A stretch of 64,000 nt of DNA from Candidatus Rariloculaceae bacterium (GTDB lineage Bacteria > Pseudomonadota > Gammaproteobacteria > Steroidobacterales > Rariloculaceae), in NCBI GenBank assembly GCA_045561025.1, contig JBJKYM010000015.1:6599-70598 (forward strand). The letters are read 5' to 3'. Positions 30,175 to 39,534 of this stretch are shown one piece after another (within the stretch, counting starts at the first letter, position 1; the number at the start of each line of letters is the position of its first letter). The translations under genes were made by a program, and so were the position numbers. A model generated the notes under the pieces. That model saw only the letters and a program-made list of their open reading frames with translations. It did no database searches and had not been told where the DNA came from.

Positions 30175-30290
30175 CGATGTAGGCCTGTCAGGTCGCGAGA
30201 TACCAATATCGGTTTCGATCTCACGGTATAACTCGTGCCAGACGCGTCTGGTTTGATTGCAAGAATAAGAAAGTCCGTGGAGAGAATATT

Positions 30291-31961
30291 ATGAAGAAGA
30301 TGCTCTGGATTCAGCCCGCCTTGCTCCTGCTTCCCTGGGCATCGGCTTTTGCGCAGGATTTCCCACCCGGATTCGTCGATCCGATGCCGCTACTGGAAGC
30401 GGCGTCCGAGGAAATTGGCGAACGAAATTTTCAGTGCGTTACATTTTCCGGCACTGGCTACAGTGGTGCGGTCGGACAGACTTACGAGAATGCCGTCAAT
30501 ATAGACTGGACGCGTTATGAGATGGCGAATTACACACGCACGATTAACTGGAAAACTGGAACAAGCAAGGAGACGTTCGACAGGAATCTGGGACTGAATC
30601 CCGCGTCCTGGAAATACGGGCTCGGCTGGATGGGTGGTACACCCACCCAAAGGGAAACGCGTCAGACCTTTATCGTCAACGGCGACGTCGCCTGGGCGAT
30701 TGATGGTGATCGGCAACCTGTAGCTGCGACGGCCGAAGATGCGGAACTGTGGCAACTGGATATCTGGCTTAATCCGCCGGGATTCCTCAAAGCGGCGAGA
30801 ATGCCGGGGGCCGATCCAAAGGCTTTTTGGCGCTGGGAGCAGATTGAGATGGGCCGCGACGGAAACGTCGTAAATCTGACGAAGATGCACGTGGTGTCGA
30901 TCACTATGCTGGGCAAGTATCGTGTGGACGCCACGATAAACACTCAGAATCAGATTCAACGAATCCACGTCATGGTAAACGAGCCCGCTCTCGGTGATTT
31001 CAATATCGAGCAGGAGTCCACGAATCAGCAGCAATTCGGAGACGTGAAGTGGCCGACCAACTGGCACTCGCATCAGGGTTGGGACGATAATTGGCAGTTC
31101 GCCAGCGACAGCACCGGACACAATGCGTACGGTGGAATATTTGCCGATGTTCAACCGAACGTCTGCCCGGATCCCGTCCCTGTTCCGGAGAATCTGCAGC
31201 CGTCACCGCGACCGGATCCGGAGATCGTCAACGTCGTGAGAATGGCTGACGGCGTTTACCTGCTTGGCGGCGGCCCGGCCAATAGCTATATGGTTGAGTT
31301 TGAGGATTGGGTGGCCGTATTCGAAGCGCCGATTAATGAAAAGCGCAGCCTGGCGGTCATCGAGGAGGTTGTTAAGCTTGCGCCGAATAAACCGATACGA
31401 TGGCTGATCAATACGCACGTGCATTTCGATCACATCGGTGGGCTTCGGACTTACCTTCACATCGGGTCAACGATAATTACGCATCGAAAAAACATCGACA
31501 TGTTAAACCGGGATGTTCTGATTTACCGGACGCAGGAGGTAGAACCGGACATCACTTCGTTGTGGCCACCGACCGAGCTGGCCGAGGGTTACAACTACGA
31601 GGCGATCAATGAGAACTTCGTGATTACCGACAACGAGCGGATACTTCGAGTCTATTACGTTCAGCCGTTGGGTCATGCCACTGGAATGCTGATGGCTTAT
31701 CTGCCGGAAGAAAAAATCGCCTTTCAGGCCGACCTGTTCAATACGCACGAACCGCCGCCCGCGGAGCCGACGGCTGCGATGCAGAGCTTCTTTAATCAGA
31801 TACAACGGATGTCGTTGGATGTCGAGACGATCGCGCCCTCGCACGGTCAGCCCGTTCCCTATTCAGACTTTATCGATGCGATGGGAGACGGCGCGGAACT
31901 TTGCGAGACCGTGATCTCTGGCGGTGCCGTTGGCATGGTTCCCTGTGAGACCCTGGAGTAG
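30291..31961 (+). CDS. exported protein with C-terminal MBL-fold metallo-hydrolase domain
   Basis: Signal peptide MKKMLWIQPALLLLPWASAFAQ, about 300-aa N-terminal region of unknown type, then MBL motif LINTHVHFDHIGG. Confidence 0.75.
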   Translation: MKKMLWIQPALLLLPWASAFAQDFPPGFVDPMPLLEAASEEIGERNFQCVTFSGTGYSGAVGQTYENAVNIDWTRYEMANYTRTINWKTGTSKETFDRNLGLNPASWKYGLGWMGGTPTQRETRQTFIVNGDVAWAIDGDRQPVAATAEDAELWQLDIWLNPPGFLKAARMPGADPKAFWRWEQIEMGRDGNVVNLTKMHVVSITMLGKYRVDATINTQNQIQRIHVMVNEPALGDFNIEQESTNQQQFGDVKWPTNWHSHQGWDDNWQFASDSTGHNAYGGIFADVQPNVCPDPVPVPENLQPSPRPDPEIVNVVRMADGVYLLGGGPANSYMVEFEDWVAVFEAPINEKRSLAVIEEVVKLAPNKPIRWLINTHVHFDHIGGLRTYLHIGSTIITHRKNIDMLNRDVLIYRTQEVEPDITSLWPPTELAEGYNYEAINENFVITDNERILRVYYVQPLGHATGMLMAYLPEEKIAFQADLFNTHEPPPAEPTAAMQSFFNQIQRMSLDVETIAPSHGQPVPYSDFIDAMGDGAELCETVISGGAVGMVPCETLE

Positions 31962-31970
31962 GGGTAGCAG

Positions 31971-32984
31971 TTGTTGACGAGAATGTCTTCGCGGACGAGT
32001 CTGTTGGCAACTGGTCTTCTGCTGTATGCCGCGCACGCAGGAGCCCACCACAGCGCGGTCCAGTTCGATCTGTCGGCCACAATCTCGTTCGACGCGGTCG
32101 TTACTGAGTTCGAATGGAAGAACCCGCACGTATTCGTTCAGGTCGACCGCGTCGATGATGAAGGTCAGGTGACCAGTCTGCAGATCGAAGCGGATGGTGC
32201 CTCGATGCTGACTCCCCATCGTTGGTCTCGAGATTCGCTGGAGCCCGGGGATCGCGTCATCGTGGAAGCCTATCCTGCGCGGCGTGCCGACGGCCGCTCG
32301 TTGCTGGGTTACTCGATAACGAAGCGCGACGGAACGGTTCTGTCTCCCAATCCGGATCGATTTATCAGCGAGCAGGTGAGTTCGCCTCAGGCTGCACGTA
32401 TCGAAGGCGTGTGGCTGCCCCGATGGGCAGCGTTCTTCCGTCTGAGAAATGCCCGGCTGCCACTCACGGAAGAAGGAAGGCAATTCCGGGAGGGACCGGA
32501 GTCGGAGCAGATACCATTGTACGAATGCGCTCCTTTCTCGACGCCGCGCATCATGGTGATACCCGTGCGGTCGGAGATCGAGATACTCACTGATCGTGTG
32601 TTGATTCGTGTGGACTGGCTGGATGTCGAGCGGGTCATCTACACGGATGGCCGTGAGCATCCGACCAATGGCCCGCGTACGCTTCAGGGGCATTCGATTG
32701 GCAACTGGGAAGGCGACACGCTCGTTATCGATACCGTGCTATTCAGTGATGAGTCTATGGGCGAGTACAGCCTGCCGAGTGGACCGGACAGGCACATAGA
32801 AGAACGGCTTAGTCTGAATGCAGACCGCCGGACACTCGACTACGCGTTCACGCTCGAGGATCCCGAGTATCTTACTGAGCCGGTTTCCGGCGGAGGAAGC
32901 TGGGATTATCGCCCCGAGTTGGAGCCGTCCTCGGTGGCCTGCGATCTGGAAGCCTCAAGACGAAATCTCGACACCACCGAGTAG
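31971..32984 (+). CDS. HH/NPH family member 3 (fused N+C domains)
   Basis: ...LLLYAAHAGA|HHSAVQFD, WKNPH, IEGVWLP, YECAPFSTP, IGNWEGDTLVIDT, C-terminal SSVAC. Start may be TTG 31971 or ATG 31983. Confidence 0.8.
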   Translation: MLTRMSSRTSLLATGLLLYAAHAGAHHSAVQFDLSATISFDAVVTEFEWKNPHVFVQVDRVDDEGQVTSLQIEADGASMLTPHRWSRDSLEPGDRVIVEAYPARRADGRSLLGYSITKRDGTVLSPNPDRFISEQVSSPQAARIEGVWLPRWAAFFRLRNARLPLTEEGRQFREGPESEQIPLYECAPFSTPRIMVIPVRSEIEILTDRVLIRVDWLDVERVIYTDGREHPTNGPRTLQGHSIGNWEGDTLVIDTVLFSDESMGEYSLPSGPDRHIEERLSLNADRRTLDYAFTLEDPEYLTEPVSGGGSWDYRPELEPSSVACDLEASRRNLDTTE

Positions 32985-32994
32985 AGACGAGACG

Positions 32995-33381
32995 ATGGAT
33001 GCTGCAGTGATACGCTCTGATCTGGAGAGCGAGTTCTATACACCGGAACGCTGCCATATCCTGGAGTTATCCAACTCTGAGGCAGATGAGGGCCTTTCGA
33101 TTGCGCAGGCCCGAGTTGAGCCGGGCGTAACAACCGCGCTACACAGGCTTAACGACACCGTCGAGCGTTACTATATTCTCAGCGGGCAAGGGTGAGTAGA
33201 GCTGGGTGAGAATCCCCCGGAAGCCGTCCGAGCCGGCGACGTTGTGCTGATACCCGCGGGTCTGCCGCAGTGCATCACTAACACCGGTCGTGACGATCTC
33301 GTATTCCTGGCGCTATGCACCCCGCGATTCCGGCCGGAGAACTACGAGGATTCAGAAGCTCTGAATACTCTAAGCCGGTAA
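32995..33381 (+). pseudogene. cupin-domain protein interrupted by one in-frame TGA
   Basis: MDAAVIRSDLESEFYTPERCHILEL...HRLNDTVERYYILSGQG*VELGENPPEAVRAGDVVLIPAGLPQCITNTGRDDLVFLALCTPRF. The TGA at 33193-33195 lies between the two cupin motifs and the same frame continues to TAA 33379-33381. Confidence 0.6.
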
Positions 33382-34607
33382 TGCGACGTCAGCGGCTCAC
33401 TACGGCGGAGGCTCGCCGAATTGCTATAGGCGAGCAGGGTCTCGATAAGTCGAAGAACCCATCTTTGGTCGATGTCCGTCACATCCGCCGCACGATCATG
33501 TCGCTCGGTCTGCTACAACTCGACTTCGTCAAAGTTCTTATTCCGGCGCATCTTCTCGTCGTCTATTCAAGGCTGGGCGCTTACGAACTCGGTGGATTTC
33601 AGCGTGCCGTCTATGCGCGTGGCGAGTTTACCGAGCAATGGGCTCACGAAGCATCGATTGTCCCGATGAACGCATGGCCGCTGTTGGCTTATCGCCGACG
33701 GGCGTATCGCGAGCGCCCCAGAAGCTCGCTTGCGAAGACGAAAGACGGAGCGCGATATCTTCAGGAAGTACTCGATATCGTCAGGGAAAAGGGAGCTCTC
33801 ACCTCACAGGATTTAGCTCCCGTGTCTGGTCCGAAGCGGAAGCCTGGCGACTGGCACCGGTCAGTGCCCCATTCGGCGCTGGATCATCATTTCGGATCCG
33901 GGAGGCTCGCCGTGAAAAACCGGCTCGCCAATTTTCAGCGGGTCTACGACTTGCCGGAACGATTGATAGGCGAATCGCAGAGATCTCAGCAGCTCAGCGA
34001 TGACGATGCCCGTCGTGAACTTCTAAAAAGGGCTGCGACGGCCTGTGGCGTGGCAACGCTACGTGACCTTGCTGACTACTACCGGATGACTCTGGGTCAA
34101 GCCAGACCCCGAGTTCTGGAACTTGTCGAGGAGGGCTTGCTCGATGAAGTCGCGGTTGACGGTTGGGATGAGCCTGCGTACCTGGCGAGAGACGCACGCG
34201 TCCCCAGGAGCGTTCGACGCGCAACTCTGCTCTCGCCCCTCGATCCCCTGGTCTGGTATCGGCCACGGACAGAACGATTATTCGACTTTCACTATCGTAT
34301 TGAGATTTATGTTCCGGAGCATAAGCGACGCTGGGGCTACTACGTATTGCCTTTTCTTCTGCACGATCAGCTTGCGGCACGCGTGGATCTAAAGGCCGAT
34401 CGCCAGACGGGCACGCTGATGGTCCGGGCAGCATATCTCGAGCCGGGGTCGGCGACGCTCGAGACGCCGGAGGCACTCGCTAACAAGCTATTCGAACTCG
34501 CGGCGTGGCTTGGGCTGGAGCGCGTATCCGTGGGGCGACGTGGGGATATGGCGCGCGCGTTGTCGCGCGCCGTTGCAGCCAGGGTAAGAGGCTATTCGAA
34601 TGGATAA
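33381..34607 (+). CDS. YcaQ-family winged-helix protein (DNA interstrand-crosslink glycosylase family)
   Basis: 408 aa from ATG 33381; signature YVPEHKRRWGYYVLPFLLHDQLAARVDLKADR typical of YcaQ/DUF1006 proteins. Confidence 0.75.
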   Translation: MRRQRLTTAEARRIAIGEQGLDKSKNPSLVDVRHIRRTIMSLGLLQLDFVKVLIPAHLLVVYSRLGAYELGGFQRAVYARGEFTEQWAHEASIVPMNAWPLLAYRRRAYRERPRSSLAKTKDGARYLQEVLDIVREKGALTSQDLAPVSGPKRKPGDWHRSVPHSALDHHFGSGRLAVKNRLANFQRVYDLPERLIGESQRSQQLSDDDARRELLKRAATACGVATLRDLADYYRMTLGQARPRVLELVEEGLLDEVAVDGWDEPAYLARDARVPRSVRRATLLSPLDPLVWYRPRTERLFDFHYRIEIYVPEHKRRWGYYVLPFLLHDQLAARVDLKADRQTGTLMVRAAYLEPGSATLETPEALANKLFELAAWLGLERVSVGRRGDMARALSRAVAARVRGYSNG

Positions 34608-34774
34608 GCGTCGGAATCAGAGCCGTTTGACATCGGTCAGGACACGAGTTCCCGGTCTCGACTGACTACGACCGGGACAACGAATACTCCGGTAATCTCG
34701 ATCGTGTCGTCTTCAATTTGGCTGACGGTTAAACGAACAACTGCCCGGAGTAGCCAAAGAGACCTCGGAGTTAT

Positions 34775-35095
34775 CTAGCGGTTTGCGATGCGTCCCGACC
34801 CGCAGGGAACATTTCGCGTGTAGGAGATAAAGAATCTTTCCAGATCGCCGTTCTCGTTGTAGGCTTCCAGGCTCGCGAAACGCCATCCGGAAAGCGCCAT
34901 TTCGTTGTGTCTTTCTGTCATCTTTTCGGCAGCGCGGTCCCTGCGCCCGAAACCGGAGATGTCATGAAATACGGTAATTGCCTCTTCGCAGGCCGCGGCT
35001 GATTCCGCGGCACGAGCCGTATCGACGGCCTCCTGGGCGAAGACGTTGGAACAGAGAAGGCCGAACGTCAGTGTTGTCAGGTAGATAAATCTCAA
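34775..35095 (-). CDS. small exported hypothetical protein
   Basis: TTG start 35095 preceded by AAGGAG (7-nt spacer) gives signal peptide (M)RFIYLTTLTFGLLCSNVFA|QE and a 106-aa product. No family recognised. Confidence 0.45.
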   Translation of the reverse strand: MRFIYLTTLTFGLLCSNVFAQEAVDTARAAESAAACEEAITVFHDISGFGRRDRAAEKMTERHNEMALSGWRFASLEAYNENGDLERFFISYTRNVPCGSGRIANR

Positions 35096-35367
35096 AGCAG
35101 CTCTCCTTTTCGAGTTCCCGAATCTGGTCGTATCTGAATAGCAGTGTACCGATGGCGACCGGACCGAAAAACGTAGCAGTTCACACGCGGGAGCAAACTT
35201 ACGGACTTCCCGCCGCATACTGTAAAAAAGGACCGCTGACTATGCGAGACCAGGGCGCCTCTGGGTGAATCGCCAACGATGATCGCCCGCAATGGGAACG
35301 CCGGGTAATCAGTGAGGGTCTGGCGGCGTCTTGTCGTCTCTCGATCGGAGGCCTGGACCGCGAAGCT

Positions 35368-35679
35368 CTAAATTCGAACTTCGCTGATCTGAATGACAGG
35401 CTCCGACTTCGTGAAGTTCGGCAAGTCGCTCATGATTCTCTCAGCATTCGGGCCGAAACTACTCTGGAAATTTTCGATGCTGTCGAACAGCAGATGCCCT
35501 ATGGCGGCGTAGGGTGCGGCAACGCCTTCCTGACCTCCGGCAATGCCGGCATCAACCTGTCCTCCCTTGAGCGCGTCTCCCAGGAGTTCAGCAACCATGG
35601 GAACGTGTGTTTCGCAGTAGTAGTCCACGTCGAAAGAAACATCAGAGCCATTGGGATAAAGAACCGAAACCTTGATCAT
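35368..35679 (-). CDS. EthD-family protein
   Basis: 103 aa; MIKVSVLYPNGSDVSFDVDYYCETHVPMV... matches the EthD/TIGR02118 pattern as I recall it. Divergent from a TetR gene. Confidence 0.7.
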   Translation of the reverse strand: MIKVSVLYPNGSDVSFDVDYYCETHVPMVAELLGDALKGGQVDAGIAGGQEGVAAPYAAIGHLLFDSIENFQSSFGPNAERIMSDLPNFTKSEPVIQISEVRI

Positions 35680-35705
35680 TACTTGCCCTCCCTACGTTGT
35701 TATAA

Positions 35706-35721
35706 TGTAACGATCGTTACA
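35706..35721. promoter_or_regulatory. perfect 16-bp palindrome, candidate TetR operator overlapping a TATAAT box
   Basis: TGTAACGA|TCGTTACA in the 104-bp EthD/TetR divergent intergenic region. TATAAT at 35701-35706 shares its last base with the palindrome. Confidence 0.55.
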
Positions 35722-35783
35722 AAATATCAGGCACGGCGGACTCGGTGTCAATACTTTGTACCTATTGATACAGGAAACATGAA

Positions 35784-36377
35784 ATGACGCGGCAAATCGG
35801 CTTCGATTCGGATGAGGTCATCGGAAAATGTATGAAGCAGTTCTGGGACCACGGTTTCGAAAAAACGTCTATCAGTGATCTGGAGGCGTGTACCGGGCTG
35901 AAGAGGACCAGCCTCTACAACAGTTTCGGAAAGAAGGACGAGCTGTTTCGAACCGTCATCGAGTTCTATATCGATACTCAGTGCGTTTACTGGACCGATA
36001 TTCTTCTGGGAGCTGAGAACCTGGTTGAAGGCCTGGACCAGCTGATGTCGATAATGATCAGGGACAACTTCGACAAGAGCTATCCAACCGGCTGCCTGAT
36101 TACCTATAGCGCGGCGGGAATGGAACATCACTGCGATGCTGTCAGAGGCGCCATCAACCGCGCTCATGGCGTGATGATTGAGGGTATCTCCACGGCCATT
36201 CGCCGGGATATCGATGGGGGTCTCTTACCTTCCACCCTGGACGTCAATAGCCTGGCTTTGTTCATATTGAATCATTTCCAGGGAACCATGGTACTTTCCA
36301 AGACTGTGGGTAATAAGGCGAGTCTGAACGCGGTCAAGGAGTACACCCTGAACCTCGTTCGTGAGTTGATGCGGTGA
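35784..36377 (+). CDS. TetR-family transcriptional regulator
   Basis: N-terminal HTH FWDHGFEKTSISDLEACTGLKRTSLYNSFGKKDELF; 197 aa. Confidence 0.88.
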   Translation: MTRQIGFDSDEVIGKCMKQFWDHGFEKTSISDLEACTGLKRTSLYNSFGKKDELFRTVIEFYIDTQCVYWTDILLGAENLVEGLDQLMSIMIRDNFDKSYPTGCLITYSAAGMEHHCDAVRGAINRAHGVMIEGISTAIRRDIDGGLLPSTLDVNSLALFILNHFQGTMVLSKTVGNKASLNAVKEYTLNLVRELMR

Positions 36378-36418
36378 GCGCGTCAGCTCGTCGTGATAGA
36401 AGAATACGAAGGAACGCT

Positions 36419-37306
36419 ATGAAGACACTAAGAAGCATCGTTTATACAGGTCTCGTCGCCATGAGCTTCGCTTTCGCGGGCCAGAGCTGGGCCGCCTGTC
36501 TTGATGCTGGTGTTCAGCTTCAGATTCTCGGCTCCGGTGGACCGGGTCCATCCGCCGGCCGCGCATCCGCGGGTTACGTCGTCTGGATCGACGGCGTCGG
36601 TCGTATTCTGGTGGATGCCGGAAGCGGGACCAAAGACCAGTTTCATGCCGCTGGTGCGAGCCTGGAAGATATCGAGCTAATTGCTATCAGTCATTTCCAC
36701 CCCGACCATTCAGCGGAACTCCCGGCCATCTTGTGGCCGGACGGCTCGGAAGCGCGGCTGTCAGGCCCGATCGGAGGCGAGGGGTTTCCTTCGCTGACCG
36801 AATTTACAGAGCGGCTATTCAGCGATATCGGTGCATTTCCGGTTCTTGCCAACCGCGCCGGGTTCGACTTGTTGACGGTGGACACGGCCAGCGGCGAAGT
36901 CGCCGAAGTCTGGAACGTAGATGGAATCCAGGTGCGCGGTGTCGGTGTACCTCATGCTATCGTGCCGACGATTGGGTACCGCGTCGACGTGGGTGATGCG
37001 AGTATCGCATTCAGCAGTGACCAGAACGGTTCAGACCCGGCATTCATCGACTTCATTCAGGGTGTCGACGTGCTGGTTATTCATATGACCGTGGGCGAGG
37101 ATGCCAGCGGATTTGGAGCGCAATTGCATGCGAAACCTAGTGTCTGGGGCCAGATGGCGGTGCAGGGTGATGTAGGCCGGGTCGTCGTCAGCCATATATC
37201 AGCGGATTCGACTGAGGTGCTGCAGGGTCGGCTCGATGTTTTCCAGGAAAGCTACAGTGGACCACTGACCGTGGGCGAAGACCTACTCTGCGTAGAAGTT
37301 GAGTAG
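36419..37306 (+). CDS. exported MBL-fold metallo-hydrolase
   Basis: Signal peptide MKTLRSIVYTGLVAMSFAFAGQSWA; HxHxDH motif ISHFHPDHSAELP. Start trimmed to ATG 36419. Confidence 0.8.
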   Translation: MKTLRSIVYTGLVAMSFAFAGQSWAACLDAGVQLQILGSGGPGPSAGRASAGYVVWIDGVGRILVDAGSGTKDQFHAAGASLEDIELIAISHFHPDHSAELPAILWPDGSEARLSGPIGGEGFPSLTEFTERLFSDIGAFPVLANRAGFDLLTVDTASGEVAEVWNVDGIQVRGVGVPHAIVPTIGYRVDVGDASIAFSSDQNGSDPAFIDFIQGVDVLVIHMTVGEDASGFGAQLHAKPSVWGQMAVQGDVGRVVVSHISADSTEVLQGRLDVFQESYSGPLTVGEDLLCVEVE

Positions 37307-37352
37307 CCGGACAGTACTCAGAACCAAAAAAAACAGTCTCGAGGAGCAGGAA

Positions 37353-37913
37353 ATGAAAAACGTTCGGGCGATCCTAATGATCGTAGTCGGATCACTATTC
37401 GTCAGTCCTTTAATCCTGGCGCAGAGGAATCCTTCGGCCGAACTCGAACGAGCCGCGGTCGAGGCGATAGACCAGAATCGCGGTTTTCTTTCGCAGGTAG
37501 AGGAAGCCCTGATAAAAGAACAGGTCCTGCACGTCGTCAATAAGTATTACGAGTTCGCGGCTTCCGGTGACGTTGAGCGAATCGCGGCTGAAACGCATAT
37601 GGTTCCGTGGCTTATCCTGAGCAGAGACGAAGTCTATGACAGCGTCGAGGCAACAACATCACGGTACGCGGAACGTCGTCGCACGGGCCCTTCCAACTGG
37701 GCAAAGTCGACCTATAACGCGCGCAACGTCTGCGTCCTGAGCAACGCTTCTGCGATCACCAGTGGTTATAATGTCCGCTCAACGGCAGATGGCGACATCA
37801 TCTCGGTAGAAGGTGTCGCATACGTTCTGATGAAAACCTCGGATGGCTGGCGCATTGTAGCGTTCTCCGGAACGTCTCCGCAGAGAGTCATAAGATGTGA
37901 GGATGAGTACTAG
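37353..37913 (+). CDS. exported NTF2/SnoaL-like (DUF4440-like) protein
   Basis: Signal peptide MKNVRAILMIVVGSLFVSPLILAQ. Size and pattern (VVNKYYEFAASGDVERIAA...DGWRIVAF) suggest an NTF2-like fold; weak. Confidence 0.45.
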   Translation: MKNVRAILMIVVGSLFVSPLILAQRNPSAELERAAVEAIDQNRGFLSQVEEALIKEQVLHVVNKYYEFAASGDVERIAAETHMVPWLILSRDEVYDSVEATTSRYAERRRTGPSNWAKSTYNARNVCVLSNASAITSGYNVRSTADGDIISVEGVAYVLMKTSDGWRIVAFSGTSPQRVIRCEDEY

Positions 37914-38002
37914 TCCTCGAGCCCGGAATTTCTGCAAGCGACGGTTCCGGAAGCGAGCAGGGTAAGATAAAGGTCTCACAAGAAGGCCTCGTGGAGGGGA
38001 AA

Positions 38003-38791
38003 ATGTCACGAACTCAAGTACCAGGAACAATTTTGGTCCTGTCCGCTCTCGTCTCGCCGATGGCAGTAGCACAGCATGGCATGCCTGGCGGAATTCCGAT
38101 GAGCTTTTTCGTAACCAGCGAGCCGGTTGGCGACGGTGGTGATCTGGGCGGTCTGGCAGGCGCTGATGCGCACTGCCAAAGACTCGCGGAGGACGTTGGC
38201 GCCGGCGATTTCACCTGGCGAGCCTATCTCAGCACCCAGGACAAGCCGGGTGCGCCGGCGGTCAACGCGCGTGATCGAATCGGCGAAGGACCCTGGCACA
38301 ACTACGACGGCGTTATGATCGCGAGTAGTCTGGCGCACTTGCACGGCGACACGCTGGAGCTCGCGCGCATGGGCAACAACCTGCACAAGCAATCCGGGCT
38401 CACTGAGAAGGGCGCTATCGTACCCGGACTCTACGATTTTCTGGATCCCCGGGATATCGACTGGGAGTACGTCAAGAACACGCCATATTCGAATCGCCAC
38501 GAGGTCATCACCGGCTCACAGCCTGATGGTCGCGCCTATCCGCCCGGAGTCGATTACACCTGCGACAGCTGGACCAGTAACGCCGATCCTGGGCCCGATA
38601 TCGACCTGTCCGGACTGGGCGGCGGCGCGAACAGGCCGAACGCACAGATTGGTTTCCCCGACCGGGAGGGGGGCGGCAACGGCTCCTGGAATTCTTCTCA
38701 CGGCACGCGCGGCTGCAGCCAGGTAGCCCTGCCATTAACCCATGGAATCGGTCAGTTCTACTGTTTCGCCCTGACGGGAGACGAGCGATGA
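38003..38791 (+). CDS. exported endostatin-like (DUF1554-like, C-type-lectin fold) protein, paralog A
   Basis: Signal peptide, then FFVTSEPVGDGGDLGGLAGADAHCQRLAEDVGAGDFTWRAYLST...RDRIGEGPW...YTCDSWTS...RGCSQ...FYCFAL. Four Cys in the same order and context as collagen XVIII endostatin ([13 protein letters not shown]...TFRAFLSS...YCETW...SCHH...VLCIE). Confidence 0.6.
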   Translation: MSRTQVPGTILVLSALVSPMAVAQHGMPGGIPMSFFVTSEPVGDGGDLGGLAGADAHCQRLAEDVGAGDFTWRAYLSTQDKPGAPAVNARDRIGEGPWHNYDGVMIASSLAHLHGDTLELARMGNNLHKQSGLTEKGAIVPGLYDFLDPRDIDWEYVKNTPYSNRHEVITGSQPDGRAYPPGVDYTCDSWTSNADPGPDIDLSGLGGGANRPNAQIGFPDREGGGNGSWNSSHGTRGCSQVALPLTHGIGQFYCFALTGDER

Positions 38792-39498
38792 GCAAAACAA
38801 AGCTTATGCTGCTGATTTCCGCGCTTGGAATTTTCGCTGCAACTGAGACCGTTCTGGCTCAGGGAATGGGCATTCATGCGCTGCGCCTTTTCGTTCCGTC
38901 TGAACTGATGTCGTTCTTCGTTACGAGTGAACCGCTCGGCGATGGCGGCAATCTCGGTGGCCTCGCAGGTGCAGACGCGCATTGCCAACGTCTGGCGACG
39001 AACGCGGGCGCTGGCCACCGTACCTGGCGGGCTTACCTCAGCACGCAGGCTCGTCCGGGTCAGCCAGCGATCAATGCGCGCGACCGAATCGGAGACGGAC
39101 CCTGGTATCACGCCCGGGGTGTGCTCCGGCGACCGATAAAGACGTCGGAAATTCACGGCGACACTCTAATCGAGGCTCAGCGTGGCGCGAATATGTTCAA
39201 GGCGTTCGCGCTTACGGAGAAAGGCGATGAAATCAACGGCGTTGGCGATCCGCTGCCTAATCTGCACGATATGCTGACAGGTACGCAGCCGGACGGCCGC
39301 GCCTTTACCGGAGACGAGGACCGCACCTGCAACAACTGGACCAGCAACGACGAAGGCGCCGCTCAGGTCGGACATTCCGATCGCATCGGTCATGGCAATC
39401 AGTCCTGGAACTCATCGCACGCGACGACGGGATGTAGCCAGGAGGATTTTGCAAGCTGGAACGGTGCCGGCCTTTTCTACTGTTTCGCGATCGACTGA
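38788..39498 (+). CDS. exported endostatin-like (DUF1554-like) protein, paralog B
   Basis: FFVTSEPLGDGGNLGGLAGADAHCQRLATNAGAGHRTWRAYLSTQARPGQPAINARDRIGDGPW...RTCNNWTS...TGCSQ...FYCFAI. ATGA overlap with paralog A. Confidence 0.6.
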   Translation: MSKTKLMLLISALGIFAATETVLAQGMGIHALRLFVPSELMSFFVTSEPLGDGGNLGGLAGADAHCQRLATNAGAGHRTWRAYLSTQARPGQPAINARDRIGDGPWYHARGVLRRPIKTSEIHGDTLIEAQRGANMFKAFALTEKGDEINGVGDPLPNLHDMLTGTQPDGRAFTGDEDRTCNNWTSNDEGAAQVGHSDRIGHGNQSWNSSHATTGCSQEDFASWNGAGLFYCFAID

Positions 39499-39534
39499 GT
39501 CGGTATTCACGGCGCATAAGAAGGAACGACGAAA

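Noticed and set aside
34651-34676. The hairpin CCCGGTC-n12-GACCGGG between the convergent ycaQ-like and small exported genes, considered as a bidirectional terminator.
   Set aside because: It has a large 12-nt loop and no flanking T or A tract, so support is insufficient to list it as a feature.
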